Assembly: GCA_001512495.1 (NCBI GenBank)
Contig: LFRU01000032.1
Coordinates: 45,765 to 109,764 of the forward strand
Reading direction: 5' to 3'
From: Syntrophothermus sp. DTU052
GTDB lineage: Bacteria > Bacillota > Syntrophomonadia > Syntrophomonadales > DTU052
DNA: 64,000 nt
Position 1 is the first letter of the stretch; each line of letters opens with the position of its first letter. This document shows, one piece after another, positions 1 to 10,827 of this stretch. A program made the translations under genes and the position numbers. The notes beneath the pieces were generated by a model. It saw only the letters and a list, made by a program, of their open reading frames with translations. It made no database searches and was not told the DNA's origin.

Positions 1-17
1 ATTCTACCAAACCATGA

Positions 18-1085
18 GTGCAGGGGGAGATTATGGCAAAAAAAATAGTTGTCCTTGGCAAATGGTTGTTAAGAGCGGGGCTTGGCCTAACTGTATTGAT
101 AATGGGATTGGGCTATGACCCTGCTCCCTGCTTTCGGACTTTACAGGATTGGGCGTACCATGTTTCAGTTAACGGCCGGGAGTACGCATACGCCCTCGAT
201 GTATCCAAAACCGGCGGAGAGTACTTGCTGAGGTCGAATATTGGAGGGTTGGGGGACCGGCCGGATGGTTTGTCATGGAAAAAGCTTCTGAGTTCTGCCG
301 GGGTGGTTATTAACGAACCGGTTGATATGGTGGCCTCACACATGCAGCCCATTAAGGGGTTGACCACTGCGGTATCGGCCATGGCAGATCCCCCGGGGAC
401 TTCCTTTGAGGGTGGATTACATCCGACGCCTGATGTACAGGATAGTGATACCGACTACGATATAGTTGTCAACGATCGCTATCCGCCGGTGGCGATCTAC
501 TGCACTCACAGTTCCGAGACTTATCTTCCTGATGACAATCGCACCCACTCGGAGAGGGAGCGGGGTTTGATTAATGATGTGGCCCTGGAACTGGCCAAGC
601 ATCTCAGCCAGTTAAGCTTTCGGGCGGTTTTTATAGATACCATTCATGATTCGCCGGAATACACCGAGTCCTATGTAAAATCCAGGCAAACGGTCAAGCA
701 GTTGCTGGAGGAGGATAGCAGTTGGGGTGCCATCATCGACGTGCACCGGGATTCGATACCGGGGCAGAAAACCGGCGCTGTCGTGGATGTTAACGGGAGA
801 AAGGCTGCTCAGATTCTCATCGTGGTGGGCAGCGACCAGCGGAAAAGCAACCCGCAATGGGAAAAGAACCTGGAGTTTGCGGAGAAACTGTACAGTGAAG
901 CCGAGAACAATTACCCGGGTTTAATCAGGGGAGTCAGGATCAAACCGGGTACCTATAACCAGGATCTTTATTCACCGTCGATCCTGATTGAGGTCGGTAA
1001 TGAATACAACAGCCTCGAGGAGGCTAACTACGGAGTAACCCTTTTTGCCCAGATCCTCGCCCGGGTATTACTGGAAGGGAATTGA
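18..1085 (+). CDS. spoIIP: Stage II sporulation protein P (SpoIIP)
   Basis: 355-aa ORF with an N-terminal membrane anchor and SpoIIP-type C-terminal blocks (DVHRDS, ILIVVG, NPQWEKNLEFA, PSILIEVG). It lies upstream of lepA as in Bacillus. The start could be the ATG at 33. Confidence 0.85.
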   Translation: MQGEIMAKKIVVLGKWLLRAGLGLTVLIMGLGYDPAPCFRTLQDWAYHVSVNGREYAYALDVSKTGGEYLLRSNIGGLGDRPDGLSWKKLLSSAGVVINEPVDMVASHMQPIKGLTTAVSAMADPPGTSFEGGLHPTPDVQDSDTDYDIVVNDRYPPVAIYCTHSSETYLPDDNRTHSERERGLINDVALELAKHLSQLSFRAVFIDTIHDSPEYTESYVKSRQTVKQLLEEDSSWGAIIDVHRDSIPGQKTGAVVDVNGRKAAQILIVVGSDQRKSNPQWEKNLEFAEKLYSEAENNYPGLIRGVRIKPGTYNQDLYSPSILIEVGNEYNSLEEANYGVTLFAQILARVLLEGN

Positions 1086-1086
1086 A

Positions 1087-1401
1087 ATGAGGTGCTTTTA
1101 CCTGATCATCCTGCTGGCGGCAGGTATTCTGGTGCTGGGCATGGGGATAACTGCCGAATCCCTTGAAGAACTGGGAGGGAAGCCGGTAACCGTTTTGGCA
1201 CTGGATAGCAAGGGCAGCAGTGCCAGGCTTACCTTCCTGGGTGAGGATTATGAGTTCCGTTTATCCGCCGACAGCATGACCGATTGGCCGGCAACCAAAC
1301 ACCTTTTCAGCCGCCGCCTGAAAGACAGCCTGCAATGGGTTCTAGACTGGTGTCAGGACCTGGCCTTTACCAAAACCCTGGACCTGCCTGTTTTTCCTTA
1401 A
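1087..1401 (+). CDS. Small membrane-anchored hypothetical protein (occupies the yqxA slot after spoIIP)
   Basis: The in-frame ATG at 1087 inside ORF 1045..1401 gives 104 aa starting MRCFYLIILLAAGILVLG (signal/TM segment). I can name no motif. Confidence 0.5.
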   Translation: MRCFYLIILLAAGILVLGMGITAESLEELGGKPVTVLALDSKGSSARLTFLGEDYEFRLSADSMTDWPATKHLFSRRLKDSLQWVLDWCQDLAFTKTLDLPVFP

Positions 1402-1486
1402 GATATCCCTCATCCCGCTGACCTTCCTTTTTTCAGTAATTGTTTGCATCGTTCGTGATTTAGGATATATTTATGCTTAACGCTGC

Positions 1487-3073
1487 TTGGAGTTGTTACC
1501 TATGCCGGAGGGGAAAACGATCGCCAAAGTTGCCGGTTACTTGATGGTGACCATGCTGATAGCCCGGGTATTGGGCTATGTCCGAGACATGGTCATCTAT
1601 TCATGGTTTGGACAAACCTATGTGACCGATGCTTATAATGCGGCTTTCTCAATTCCCGACTTTATTTATATGCTCCTGGTGGGAGGGGCCCTGAGTTCTG
1701 CACTCATCCCTGTTCTGGGCCAGTACCTGGCTCGGGGAGAAGAAGAGGAAGCCTGGAAGGTAACCAGTCTGATCCTCAACTGGACCGTCCTGTTCCTGAT
1801 ACTTCTTATTATCCTGGGTATGGTTAAAACCCGGGTTCTGATAACCCTTCTGGTTCCGAAGCTGCCTCCGGAAACTATTGAGCTCGCTGCCAGTCTTACC
1901 CGGGTAATGCTCATCCAGACCTTTTTTATGGCCCTGAGCGGCATATCCCTGGGGGTCTTAAATGCCCGCAAGCATTTTATTTTACCCGCACTGGGAGGGA
2001 TCGTTTATAACCTGGGGATAATACTGGTGGGGGTAATGCTGGCTCGTCAGTGGGGCATCATGGCCTTTTCCGTGGGGGTGGTGGTCGGATCGGCCCTCAA
2101 TTTTGCCATACAGATTCCGGCTCTGGCCCGGGCCGGGATCAGGTATTACCCTATCCTGAACCCGAAACATCCGGGGCTTAAGCAGATGTTGATCCTGATG
2201 GTACCGGTAGTCATAGGCTTGTCAGTAACCCAGATCAACCTGTTTGTAAACCAGAACCTGGCATCAGGACTGCCTGAGGGCTCAATATCGGCTCTGCGCC
2301 TGGCCCAACGTATCATGCAGCTGCCGGTTGGCATATTTGGAATGTCGGTAGCCATGGCAGTATTTCCTACCATGACCGAGCAGGTGGCCAGAAACAATAT
2401 TACTGAATTCAAACGTCTATTCTCCCTGGGGTTGCGCGGGGTTTTCATTATTACCATTCCGGCCGCCCTGGGCTTAATGGCCTTGCGGGAACCGCTTATT
2501 GTTTTGCTTTTCCAGCAAGGGCAGTTTGACGCCCAGGACACCCTGGCCACGGCTCAGGCCCTGTTCTACTACTCCATCGGGCTTTTTGCCTACAGTGCCC
2601 TGCAGCTGGCAAACCGTATTTTTTACTCGCTTAGAGACACCGTTACCCCGGTGCTGGTCGGGATTACTTCCATTACACTGAATATTGCCCTCTCGATTCT
2701 GTGGATTAAGCCCATGGGACACGAGGGCCTGGCCCTGGCTTACTCGGTTGCCGGGATATTTAATATATTGCTCTTGATCGTGATTATCAGGAAGAGGCTG
2801 GGCCGTATTGGGGGGGGAGTCTTAGCCAGGAGCTTCCTGGTAGCGGTTTTGGGCTCGCTGATAATGTATCTCGGGGCCCGCTACGGAGCGACCTGGGTAG
2901 GGTCCTGGCTGGTTTTTACACCCAAGGTAAATGCCCTTATAATGGTTTTGACGGGGCTGGGACTTGGAGCGGGTATTTACGGTATAATTATTTCCGTATT
3001 CCGCCTGGAAGAAACCGAACTGGTATTTGATATTATTAGAAAACGCCTGCCCGGGTTAAGATACCGGGTCTAA
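1487..3073 (+). CDS. murJ: Lipid II flippase MurJ (MviN family)
   Basis: 528-aa polytopic membrane ORF. The N-terminus ARVLGYVRDMVIYSWFGQTYVTDAYNAAFSIPDFIYMLLVGGALSSALIPVL is typical of MurJ/MviN. The start may be the ATG at 1502. Confidence 0.85.
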   Translation: MELLPMPEGKTIAKVAGYLMVTMLIARVLGYVRDMVIYSWFGQTYVTDAYNAAFSIPDFIYMLLVGGALSSALIPVLGQYLARGEEEEAWKVTSLILNWTVLFLILLIILGMVKTRVLITLLVPKLPPETIELAASLTRVMLIQTFFMALSGISLGVLNARKHFILPALGGIVYNLGIILVGVMLARQWGIMAFSVGVVVGSALNFAIQIPALARAGIRYYPILNPKHPGLKQMLILMVPVVIGLSVTQINLFVNQNLASGLPEGSISALRLAQRIMQLPVGIFGMSVAMAVFPTMTEQVARNNITEFKRLFSLGLRGVFIITIPAALGLMALREPLIVLLFQQGQFDAQDTLATAQALFYYSIGLFAYSALQLANRIFYSLRDTVTPVLVGITSITLNIALSILWIKPMGHEGLALAYSVAGIFNILLLIVIIRKRLGRIGGGVLARSFLVAVLGSLIMYLGARYGATWVGSWLVFTPKVNALIMVLTGLGLGAGIYGIIISVFRLEETELVFDIIRKRLPGLRYRV

Positions 3074-3085
3074 TGGAGGGTCTTT

Positions 3086-4885
3086 GTGGATAATATTCGG
3101 AACTTCTGTATCATCGCCCATATCGATCACGGCAAATCGACCCTGGCCGACCGCCTGATGGAGTATACCGGAACCCTCTCCCAGCGTGAGATGCGGGAGC
3201 AGTTCCTGGATACCCTGGATCTGGAACGGGAACGGGGCATCACCATCAAGCTGACCCCGGTTCGACTGGAGTACAAGGCCCGGGACGGACAGACGTATAT
3301 ACTGAACCTGATCGATACTCCCGGGCATGTTGATTTTACTTATGAGGTATCGCGCAGTCTGGCGGCCTGTGAGGGGGCCCTGCTGGTAGTTGATGCCTCT
3401 CAGGGGATTGAAGCCCAGACGCTGGCCAATGTGTACCAGGCGATGGAGCAGGACTTGGAAATTATCGGGGTGTTGAACAAGATAGACCTGCCCAATGCCG
3501 AACCGGAACGTGTTATTGACGAGATGGGTGATGTCTTGGGAATTGTCCCCTCGGACATTATTCGGGTGTCGGCCAAGCTGGGCCAGGGGGTTGAGGAGGT
3601 CCTGGAAGCGTTGGTTGCCAGGGTGCCGCCTCCCCGGGGAGATGCCGGCCGGCCCCTGCAGGCACTGATTTTTGATTCCTACTTCGACTCCTACCGCGGA
3701 GCTATCAGCTACATAAGGGTTTTCCAGGGGCAGATCAAAAAAGGGGATCTGATCCGCATGATGGCAACCGGCAAGGAGTATGAGGTCTCCGAGATCGGGA
3801 TCTTCACTCCCCGCATGAAACCGGTGGAGGTTTTGAAGGCCGGAGAGGTAGGTTATCTGGCGGCCGGAATAAAGAACGTTCTTGACACCCGGGTCGGAGA
3901 TACCATAACCTCTGCCAAAACGCCGGCGCCGGCCCCTCTGCCGGGCTACCGCCGGATTAAGCCGGTGGTGTTCTGTGGTTTATACCCGGTGGAAAACAGT
4001 GAGTTTGAAAGGCTGCGTGATGCTCTGGAGAAGCTGAGGCTGAATGATGCTTCCCTGCAGTTTGAACCGGAGACCTCGGAGGCCCTGGGGTTTGGCTTCC
4101 GCTGTGGCTTCCTGGGACTGCTGCATATGGAGATAATCACCGAAAGGCTGGAGCGTGAATACAACCTGGAATTGATCATCACCGCCCCCAGCGTTGTCTA
4201 CCAGGTGCTGCTGGAGAACGAAGAAGTAATCGAGGTTGACAATCCTGCTCAGTGGCCGCCAATCGGTCAGATCCGCCAGGTCAAGGAACCATATGTGCAG
4301 TCCACCATAATGGTTCCCGACGATTTTATCGGGAGCATCATGGAACTGTGCCAGGAGAAACGCGGCACCTTCAAGAACATGGAATACCTCTCACCTCACC
4401 GGGTGATGCTGGTCTATGATATGCCTCTTTCCGAGATCATCTATGATTTTTTTGATGCTTTGAAGTCGAGAACGAAGGGCTATGCCTCTTTCGATTATGA
4501 GATAATCGGCTATGTAGAATCTGAGTTGGTTAAGCTGGATATCATGTTGAACGGGGAAATAGTGGACGCTCTGTCGTTTATCGTGCACAAGGACAAGGCC
4601 TATCCCCGGGCCCGGACCATTGTGGAAAAGCTGCGCCGGATCATCCCCCGGCAGCTATATGAAGTCGCCATTCAGGCGTCCATCGGCAGCCGGATCATTG
4701 CTCGGGAAAATGTCAAAGCCAGGCGCAAAGATGTGCTCGCAAAATGCTACGGTGGTGACATAACCCGCAAGAAAAAACTGCTGGAGAAACAGAAAGAAGG
4801 TAAGAAACGCATGAAACAGATTGGTAGGGTTGAAGTCCCTAAAGAGACCTTTATTTCTGTTTTGGACATGGATGATGACCGATGA
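3086..4885 (+). CDS. lepA: Elongation factor 4 (LepA)
   Basis: 599 aa. GTPase motifs [14 protein letters not shown] and NKID are present, with a LepA-specific C-terminal domain. An RBS GGAGGG precedes the GTG start. Confidence 0.97.
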   Translation: MDNIRNFCIIAHIDHGKSTLADRLMEYTGTLSQREMREQFLDTLDLERERGITIKLTPVRLEYKARDGQTYILNLIDTPGHVDFTYEVSRSLAACEGALLVVDASQGIEAQTLANVYQAMEQDLEIIGVLNKIDLPNAEPERVIDEMGDVLGIVPSDIIRVSAKLGQGVEEVLEALVARVPPPRGDAGRPLQALIFDSYFDSYRGAISYIRVFQGQIKKGDLIRMMATGKEYEVSEIGIFTPRMKPVEVLKAGEVGYLAAGIKNVLDTRVGDTITSAKTPAPAPLPGYRRIKPVVFCGLYPVENSEFERLRDALEKLRLNDASLQFEPETSEALGFGFRCGFLGLLHMEIITERLEREYNLELIITAPSVVYQVLLENEEVIEVDNPAQWPPIGQIRQVKEPYVQSTIMVPDDFIGSIMELCQEKRGTFKNMEYLSPHRVMLVYDMPLSEIIYDFFDALKSRTKGYASFDYEIIGYVESELVKLDIMLNGEIVDALSFIVHKDKAYPRARTIVEKLRRIIPRQLYEVAIQASIGSRIIARENVKARRKDVLAKCYGGDITRKKKLLEKQKEGKKRMKQIGRVEVPKETFISVLDMDDDR

Positions 4886-6144
4886 TGGATGGAGAGAATA
4901 CCAAAGGGGGCAGAGAACGGGAATATAATCCTTCAGATGCGGCCAGGGGCCTGACAAACACTGTCCTGCCGGACGCGGCTGACTCTGGGTCAAGACCGAT
5001 GGGCATTTATATACATTTTCCATTCTGTTTACGCAAGTGCTCCTATTGCGATTTCTATTCCATCCCCTACCAGGCAGATTTGGCAGAAGAATACTGCAGC
5101 GCTCTTTGTTGTGAGATTGAGAGGGTCGCCGACCGACAGGAATGGGGAACGGCTATATCCGTTTACCTGGGCGGCGGCACCCCGAGCTTGATGTCGCCGG
5201 CCCAGATCCAAAGGCTGTTTGCTCATATCCATAGATTCTTCACCGTAGCTGCCGACTGCGAAATAACCATGGAAGCCAATCCGGACACCGTCAGCCTTGA
5301 TCGACTGAAAGCCGGCTGTGAGGCAGGGATCAACCGGATCAGCCTGGGGGTGCAGTCCTTTAACGAATCCGAACTTGAGCTCCTGGGCCGGATTCATTCC
5401 CGGGATGCGGTTTGTCGAAGTGTTGAGAATGTGGTGAAAGCAGGAATAACCAATTACGGGCTTGATCTTATTTACGGCATTCCGGGACAGGGTCTGCCGG
5501 AATGGCTGCACAATCTGGAGGAGGCCATTAAACTGGTCCCTGCTCACCTTTCCTGTTATCTTTTACAGATGGAGGAGATGGTTCCGCTGGCGCTCCGCCT
5601 GCAGAAAGGGGAGGTGGCAGCTCTGCCGGAGGAGGAGGAGTCCGACATGTACTACGCCGCTGTGAACCGCCTTAAGCATGCAGGTTATCAACACTACGAG
5701 ATCTCTAATTTCTGCCGACCCGGGGCAGCCTGTCGTCACAATCTGAACTACTGGGAGGCCGGTGATTATCTGGGAATCGGTGCTGGAGCAGTATCTTTTA
5801 AGGGCGGCGTGAGATACTGGAATCTACCTCAAATCCGGCAGTACACCCGGAACCTTCTATCCAAGGGCTCGGAACCGCCCCGGGAGGTTCTGGAATCCCT
5901 AATATCAAGGGAACAGTTGGGGTGTGATGCCATGATCATGGGGCTCAGGATGATCCGGGGGATTAATGTAGATGAGTTTGAAAAGCGATTTGGATTGCAG
6001 CCTCAAACGGCGTTTGCAGATGCTTTGCAGAAAAGCAGGGAAGAGAGGTTGCTGGAGTATCATCATCCCTGGCTGCGCTTGACCCCGCAGGGGTATTTTC
6101 TATCCAACCGTGTGTTTGTGAGGATACTGGAAGCAATTCTGTAG
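4882..6144 (+). CDS. hemW: Radical SAM heme chaperone HemW (HemN-like, oxygen-independent coproporphyrinogen oxidase family)
   Basis: Radical SAM motif [11 protein letters not shown] follows [10 protein letters not shown], and a HemN_C-like C-terminus is present. ATGA overlap with the lepA stop. An alternative start is the ATG at 4999. Confidence 0.85.
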   Translation: MMDGENTKGGREREYNPSDAARGLTNTVLPDAADSGSRPMGIYIHFPFCLRKCSYCDFYSIPYQADLAEEYCSALCCEIERVADRQEWGTAISVYLGGGTPSLMSPAQIQRLFAHIHRFFTVAADCEITMEANPDTVSLDRLKAGCEAGINRISLGVQSFNESELELLGRIHSRDAVCRSVENVVKAGITNYGLDLIYGIPGQGLPEWLHNLEEAIKLVPAHLSCYLLQMEEMVPLALRLQKGEVAALPEEEESDMYYAAVNRLKHAGYQHYEISNFCRPGAACRHNLNYWEAGDYLGIGAGAVSFKGGVRYWNLPQIRQYTRNLLSKGSEPPREVLESLISREQLGCDAMIMGLRMIRGINVDEFEKRFGLQPQTAFADALQKSREERLLEYHHPWLRLTPQGYFLSNRVFVRILEAIL

Positions 6145-6223
6145 AAAGCTGGGAATGAGCCCCTGGAGTCGTCCAGGTATATTGGCAGCAGGCCCAGAGC
6201 CCTGGGTTCAGGACTGTCCTGGC

Positions 6224-6252
6224 TTGACAAAGGAAATGACTGGTGTTATTTT
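6224..6252 (+). promoter_or_regulatory. Putative sigma-A promoter of the hrcA operon
   Basis: TTGACA at 6224-6229, a 17-nt spacer, then TGtTATTTT (an extended -10-like element) ending at 6252, immediately upstream of CIRCE. Confidence 0.35.
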
Positions 6253-6264
6253 CTTAGTAAGATA

Positions 6265-6291
6265 TTAGCACTCAACTCCCGAGAGTGCTAA
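6265..6291 (+). promoter_or_regulatory. CIRCE operator (HrcA binding site)
   Basis: Perfect match to the consensus TTAGCACTC-N9-GAGTGCTAA: ttagcactc aactcccga gagtgctaa. It ends 4 nt before the hrcA start. Confidence 0.92.
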
Positions 6292-6295
6292 CAGG

Positions 6296-7336
6296 GTGAT
6301 TGCTATGAAGCTGGATGAACGTAAAAAGGCGATTCTCGAAGCGGTCGTAAAGGAGTATGTTCGAACCGCGGAGCCCATAGGATCGCGAGCTATTGTCAAA
6401 AAACGCAATTTGGGGGTCAGCCCGGCAACGGTGCGCAACGAGATGGCTGATCTTGAAGAGATGGGCTTTCTGGAACAACCTCATACCTCATCAGGACGCA
6501 TTCCCTCGGAAAACGGCTTCCGGTATTTTGTTGATTACATGATGGTGAAAGAACAGTTTACTCCTGAAGAGGAGGAATACCTGAGAAATATGCTTTCTCA
6601 GAAGATTGAGGACATCTCCACCGTCATCCGGCGGACTGGGAATGTCCTGGCTCAATTCACCAATTATGCCTCGGTGGTCATCACCCCTCCGATGTCGGCC
6701 GGCAAACTGCTGCATCTGCAACTGGTGCCGGTAGGGCACAGGCAGGCTCTGGTGGTCATGGTAACCGATCTGGGCAATGTAATTCACAGGCGGATAGAAG
6801 TGCCGGAATCCATCGAGGCTCAAGACTTGGAGGACCTGTCCCGGCTGTTTACCAAAAATCTCCAGGGAGCTCATTTTGACAGCATTGGCCGTACCGTGCT
6901 GAACAGTCTGCGTCGCGAACTGCTGCATCGACGCCAGTTTATTGAGAAGGTTTTAGAAGCCATTGAGATGACCATGGGTAATGATGAGAATGAAAGGGTA
7001 TTCATTAATGGAGCCTTGAATATCGTCAATCAGCCTGAATTCAAGGATTTTGAGAAGCTCCGCAGGCTGCTGCTGGCTCTGGAAGAACATGAACTCATTA
7101 AGAGTCTGGTAAGTGAAACCGGACTGCGAGAGGTAAAAATAAAAATAGGAACCGAGAATGAGGCCGAGGAGATTAAAGAACTCAGCGTGGTTTTCACCAC
7201 TTATGTGGTTGATGGCAACGAAAAGGGCAGAATAGGATTGATCGGTCCGGTAAGAATGGAGTACTGGAAGGCATCAGCCTCGGTGGAAAAAGTCCGCGAT
7301 ATTGTACAGGAAATAATCCATGATATGTCGAGATAG
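6296..7336 (+). CDS. hrcA: Heat-inducible transcription repressor HrcA
   Basis: 346 aa. N-terminal winged helix (RKKAILEAVVKEYVRTAEPIGSRAIV...SPATVRNEMADLEEMGFLEQPHTSSGRIPS) and position before grpE-dnaK-dnaJ. The start may be the ATG at 6305. Confidence 0.95.
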   Translation: MIAMKLDERKKAILEAVVKEYVRTAEPIGSRAIVKKRNLGVSPATVRNEMADLEEMGFLEQPHTSSGRIPSENGFRYFVDYMMVKEQFTPEEEEYLRNMLSQKIEDISTVIRRTGNVLAQFTNYASVVITPPMSAGKLLHLQLVPVGHRQALVVMVTDLGNVIHRRIEVPESIEAQDLEDLSRLFTKNLQGAHFDSIGRTVLNSLRRELLHRRQFIEKVLEAIEMTMGNDENERVFINGALNIVNQPEFKDFEKLRRLLLALEEHELIKSLVSETGLREVKIKIGTENEAEEIKELSVVFTTYVVDGNEKGRIGLIGPVRMEYWKASASVEKVRDIVQEIIHDMSR

Positions 7337-7416
7337 GAGACATTAACGGGAAACCAGGTCCATGCAGGACAGGAAACTGACAACCGTTTCGAGACTCTGG
7401 TTAACACACCACCGCG

Positions 7417-8087
7417 GTGCGGGTGATTTCTCAGGCCGTGGAAGGCACCATCGGGCCGAAAGGCCTGGACATCATGATGGTCGATAGCTATGGCAATGTG
7501 GTCATCACCAATGATGGGGTTACTATCCTCAGCCTTATGGAGGTTAACCACCCGGCGACCAGGATGATAATTGACGCAGCCAAGGTTCAGCATGAGGAGG
7601 TGGGGGATGGCACTACAACGGCCACCATTATGGCATCAGCCATCATTGCAGAAGGTCTGAACCAAGTCCTTAAGGGAGTGCGGTTACCAAGGTTCTGGAA
7701 GGGATCCGCCTGGTCATATCTTATGGACTGGAAGAGATTAAGAGGTGCTTGCGCCAGGTTTCAGGATGGAAGGATCCGCTGCTTTATGCAGCCGCGGTAG
7801 CCGGATGTGGAGATGAGGAAATTGCCCGGCTCGTCATCGAAGTCGGCTCAATTATTGGTCAACAACAGCTCCAGGAAGCTGGATTCAAGTTTGAGGATGC
7901 GGTCATGGCTCGTTGATTGCGATACCGGGCATTTGATAACGGCCGGGGAGGCCGGGATCTGGATCCGACATTGGTCAAGGTCAAGGCTCTGCCCACCGGT
8001 GAGGTGGCAACAGCTATCCTACGGATAGACACGATGATTAAGAAAAAGGAATTGCCAGAACCAAAGAGTGCAGGGATCAGGTTATAA
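7417..8087 (+). pseudogene. Decayed thermosome-type (group II/III, Cpn60/TCP-1 family) chaperonin gene
   Basis: Frame 1 from 7417 encodes the equatorial-domain block ...GPKGLDIMMVDSYGNVVITNDGVTILSLMEVNHPATRMI...EVGDGTTTATIMASAII. A 1-nt frameshift occurs near 7681 and an in-frame TGA at 7914-7916. The C-terminal piece DPTLVKVKALPTGEVATAILRIDTMIKKK ends at 8085-8087. Only about 220 codons remain and the apical domain is absent. Confidence 0.75.
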
Positions 8088-8099
8088 TGAGGTGACGGA

Positions 8100-8693
8100 A
8101 TGAATAACGAAAGAACCCGTGAAATGGATCTGGAAAAGGAGAACGCACCTGAGCATTTATCCGAAGGTGATAACCAGCCAGAAAAGGAAACTGAAGAGAC
8201 GAGTGACGAAGCCGGCCTACTGCGAGAACAGCTGGAGGCGGAGAGGACCAAAGCCCATGAATACTATAACAAATACATGAGGGCCTTGGCGGATTCTGAA
8301 AACCAACGCAAGCGGTGGCAGAAGGATAAAGAAGAGCTGCTTCGTTATGGAAATATGCCTTTACTGCAGAAGCTGTTACCGGTGGTGGATGACTTCAAGA
8401 GGGCCAAGGCGGCCATAGAACAGGGAGGAGACATATCCTCGCTCCTCAAAGGGGTTGAATTGATAGAAAAAAGACTCCTGGACCTGCTTGAACAGGAAGG
8501 GGTTGCAGCTATTCCCGCCGAGGGCGAGATGTTTGATCCCCGGGTTCACGAAGCATTCAGCATAGATGAAAGCGGACAATACCCTGACGGTACCATAGTC
8601 CAGGAATTTCAGACCGGATACACCTATCTGGAACGGGTGCTGCGTCCCAGTATGGTGGTGGTGGCTCAAACCAGGTCAGCGGAAGAGGAATAA
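8100..8693 (+). CDS. grpE: Nucleotide exchange factor GrpE
   Basis: 197 aa. Acidic N-terminus, a coiled coil (RALADSENQRKRWQKDKEE) and a GrpE C-terminal beta domain, located between hrcA and dnaK. Confidence 0.95.
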   Translation: MNNERTREMDLEKENAPEHLSEGDNQPEKETEETSDEAGLLREQLEAERTKAHEYYNKYMRALADSENQRKRWQKDKEELLRYGNMPLLQKLLPVVDDFKRAKAAIEQGGDISSLLKGVELIEKRLLDLLEQEGVAAIPAEGEMFDPRVHEAFSIDESGQYPDGTIVQEFQTGYTYLERVLRPSMVVVAQTRSAEEE

Positions 8694-8823
8694 ATACTGG
8701 CAGGGGCCCCGGTTCTACAAGGGATATTTGGCATCTTGAAACGGATTGTGGTTGTCGGGGATTTTTTAGATTTTGAATTTGAACAATTGAAAGCAAACTA
8801 GAGATGTCAACGGAGGTGCTTTT

Positions 8824-10629
8824 ATGGGCAAAGTGGTAGGTATTGATTTGGGGACTACGAACTCCTGTATTGCATTTATGGACGGCAACGATGCTACGGT
8901 GATAACCAACAGCGAAGGAGAAAGGATTACTCCCTCAGTAGTAGGGTTTTCCAAAACCGGTGAGAGGTTGGTCGGCCGTGTAGCCAAAAGACAGGCGGTT
9001 ACCAACCCTGATAGAACGATCCTTTCTATCAAACGGCATATGGGTACCAAATACCGGGTAAAGATAGATGATAAAGAATATTCTCCACCCGAGATTTCGG
9101 CCATGATCCTGCAGAAGATGAAAGCTGATGCGGAGGCCTATCTGGGGGAACCTGTTACTCAGGCAGTAATCACAGTCCCGGCATACTTTACCGATGCCCA
9201 GAGGCAGGCGACGAAAGACGCAGGCAAGATTGCGGGTCTTGAGGTATTGCGTATTATCAATGAACCTACGGCCGCCAGCCTGGCCTACGGGCTGGATAAA
9301 GAGGGGAGCCAGATCATCCTGGTTTTTGACCTGGGAGGAGGAACCTTTGACGTTTCTATCCTGGAGATTGGGGAAGGGGTTTTTGAAGTCAAGGCTACCA
9401 GCGGTAACAACCGTCTGGGCGGTGACGATTTTGATGACCGTATCATAGAATACCTGGTTAATGAGTTTAAGAAATCTACCGGGGTTGATCTCAAAGCTGA
9501 CAAGATGTCCAAGCAGCGCCTGAAAGAAGCTGCTGAGAAGGCCAAACATGAGCTTTCCACCTTAACCAGTACCGATATAAACATTCCCTTTATAACGGCC
9601 ACATCCGAGGGTCCTCTACACCTGGATCAGACGCTGACCCGGGCCAAATTTGACGAACTCACAGCCGATTTGGTGGAGAAAACCATGGGACCTACCCGCC
9701 AGGCTTTGAAGGATGCAGGACTGAAACCGGAGCAGATCGACCGGGTCATCCTGGTAGGTGGTTCAACCAGGATGCCGTCCGTACAAAGGGCAATCAAGAA
9801 TTACCTGGGCAAAGAACCGTATAAGGGGATCAATCCGGACGAAGTGGTGGCCATCGGGGCGGCCATTCAGGGGGCGATCCTGGCCGGTGACGTCAAGGAC
9901 GTGGTGCTCCTGGATGTTACCCCGCTCAGTTTGGGGATTGAGACCCTCGGCGGTGTGTTCACCAAAATGATAGAACGCAACACCACTATACCAACCTCCA
10001 AGAGCCAGATATTTTCTACTGCGGCGGACAACCAGACCTCGGTGGAAATCCATGTCCTCCAGGGGGAGCGTTCTATGGCCAAGCACAATGTTACCCTGGG
10101 ACGTTTTCATTTGGAGGGGATTCCCCCGGCACCGCGGGGCGTACCTCAGATTGAGGTCAACTTTGATATTGATGTCAACGGGATTGTAAATGTCAGCGCC
10201 AAAGACCTGGCGACGAACAAAGAGCAGAAGATCACCATTACTTCTTCCTCAGGCCTTACCAGCGAGGAGATTGAAAAAATGGTCAAAGAAGCTGAGAAGT
10301 ACGCCGAAGAGGACCGTAAAGCCCGGGAAGCGGCAGAAGCACGTAACCAGGGAGACAGTATGGTCTACCAGGCGGAAAAGGCCATTAAAGATTTCGGAGA
10401 AAAGGTAGACGCGGCTTTGATAGATAAGCTCAAGGCCGGCAAAGAAGAATTATCGCAAGCCCTGGCCGGCGATGATATAGATTTAATCAAGAAGAAAACG
10501 GAGGAGCTCACCACTGCCATATATGAGGTTACTGCCAAAGCATATGAGCAGGCGGCTCCTGAAAGCAGTGAACAACCTGACGACGGGGTTTATGATGCTG
10601 ATTACGATATAGCGGATGACAACAAGTAA
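8824..10629 (+). CDS. dnaK: Molecular chaperone DnaK (Hsp70)
   Basis: 601 aa with the Hsp70 signatures [19 protein letters not shown] and [11 protein letters not shown]. Confidence 0.99.
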   Translation: MGKVVGIDLGTTNSCIAFMDGNDATVITNSEGERITPSVVGFSKTGERLVGRVAKRQAVTNPDRTILSIKRHMGTKYRVKIDDKEYSPPEISAMILQKMKADAEAYLGEPVTQAVITVPAYFTDAQRQATKDAGKIAGLEVLRIINEPTAASLAYGLDKEGSQIILVFDLGGGTFDVSILEIGEGVFEVKATSGNNRLGGDDFDDRIIEYLVNEFKKSTGVDLKADKMSKQRLKEAAEKAKHELSTLTSTDINIPFITATSEGPLHLDQTLTRAKFDELTADLVEKTMGPTRQALKDAGLKPEQIDRVILVGGSTRMPSVQRAIKNYLGKEPYKGINPDEVVAIGAAIQGAILAGDVKDVVLLDVTPLSLGIETLGGVFTKMIERNTTIPTSKSQIFSTAADNQTSVEIHVLQGERSMAKHNVTLGRFHLEGIPPAPRGVPQIEVNFDIDVNGIVNVSAKDLATNKEQKITITSSSGLTSEEIEKMVKEAEKYAEEDRKAREAAEARNQGDSMVYQAEKAIKDFGEKVDAALIDKLKAGKEELSQALAGDDIDLIKKKTEELTTAIYEVTAKAYEQAAPESSEQPDDGVYDADYDIADDNK

Positions 10630-10640
10630 AACCAGCCGGG

Positions 10641-10678
10641 AGAGGAATAAGAGGAACCAGTTTTCCTCTTACTCCTTT
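10641..10678 (+). terminator. Intra-operon hairpin / partial terminator between dnaK and dnaJ
   Basis: Stem of about 16 bp with one mismatch (agaggaataagaggaa / ttcctcttactcct) around a 6-nt loop, ending in TTT. It begins 12 nt after the dnaK stop. Confidence 0.4.
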
Positions 10679-10827
10679 GGGTGACAACGTATTGTATGGT
10701 TATGCCATCTCCGGGATGTGATATAGTATTAAAAGGTCGCCAACTGTATTTTGATACCAGTGTTAATTCCAGGCGGCAGAGTATATAGCCGATCATTTTA
10801 TTCTGTCCTCCGAAAGGTGGTTTTATT

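Noticed and set aside
7807-8028. 73-aa ORF (MEMRKLPGSS...) and the 127-aa ORF 7417-7800, considered as independent small genes.
   Set aside because: 7417-7800 is the 5' fragment of the chaperonin pseudogene running into a frameshift. 7807-8028 is an off-frame reading of the same relic.
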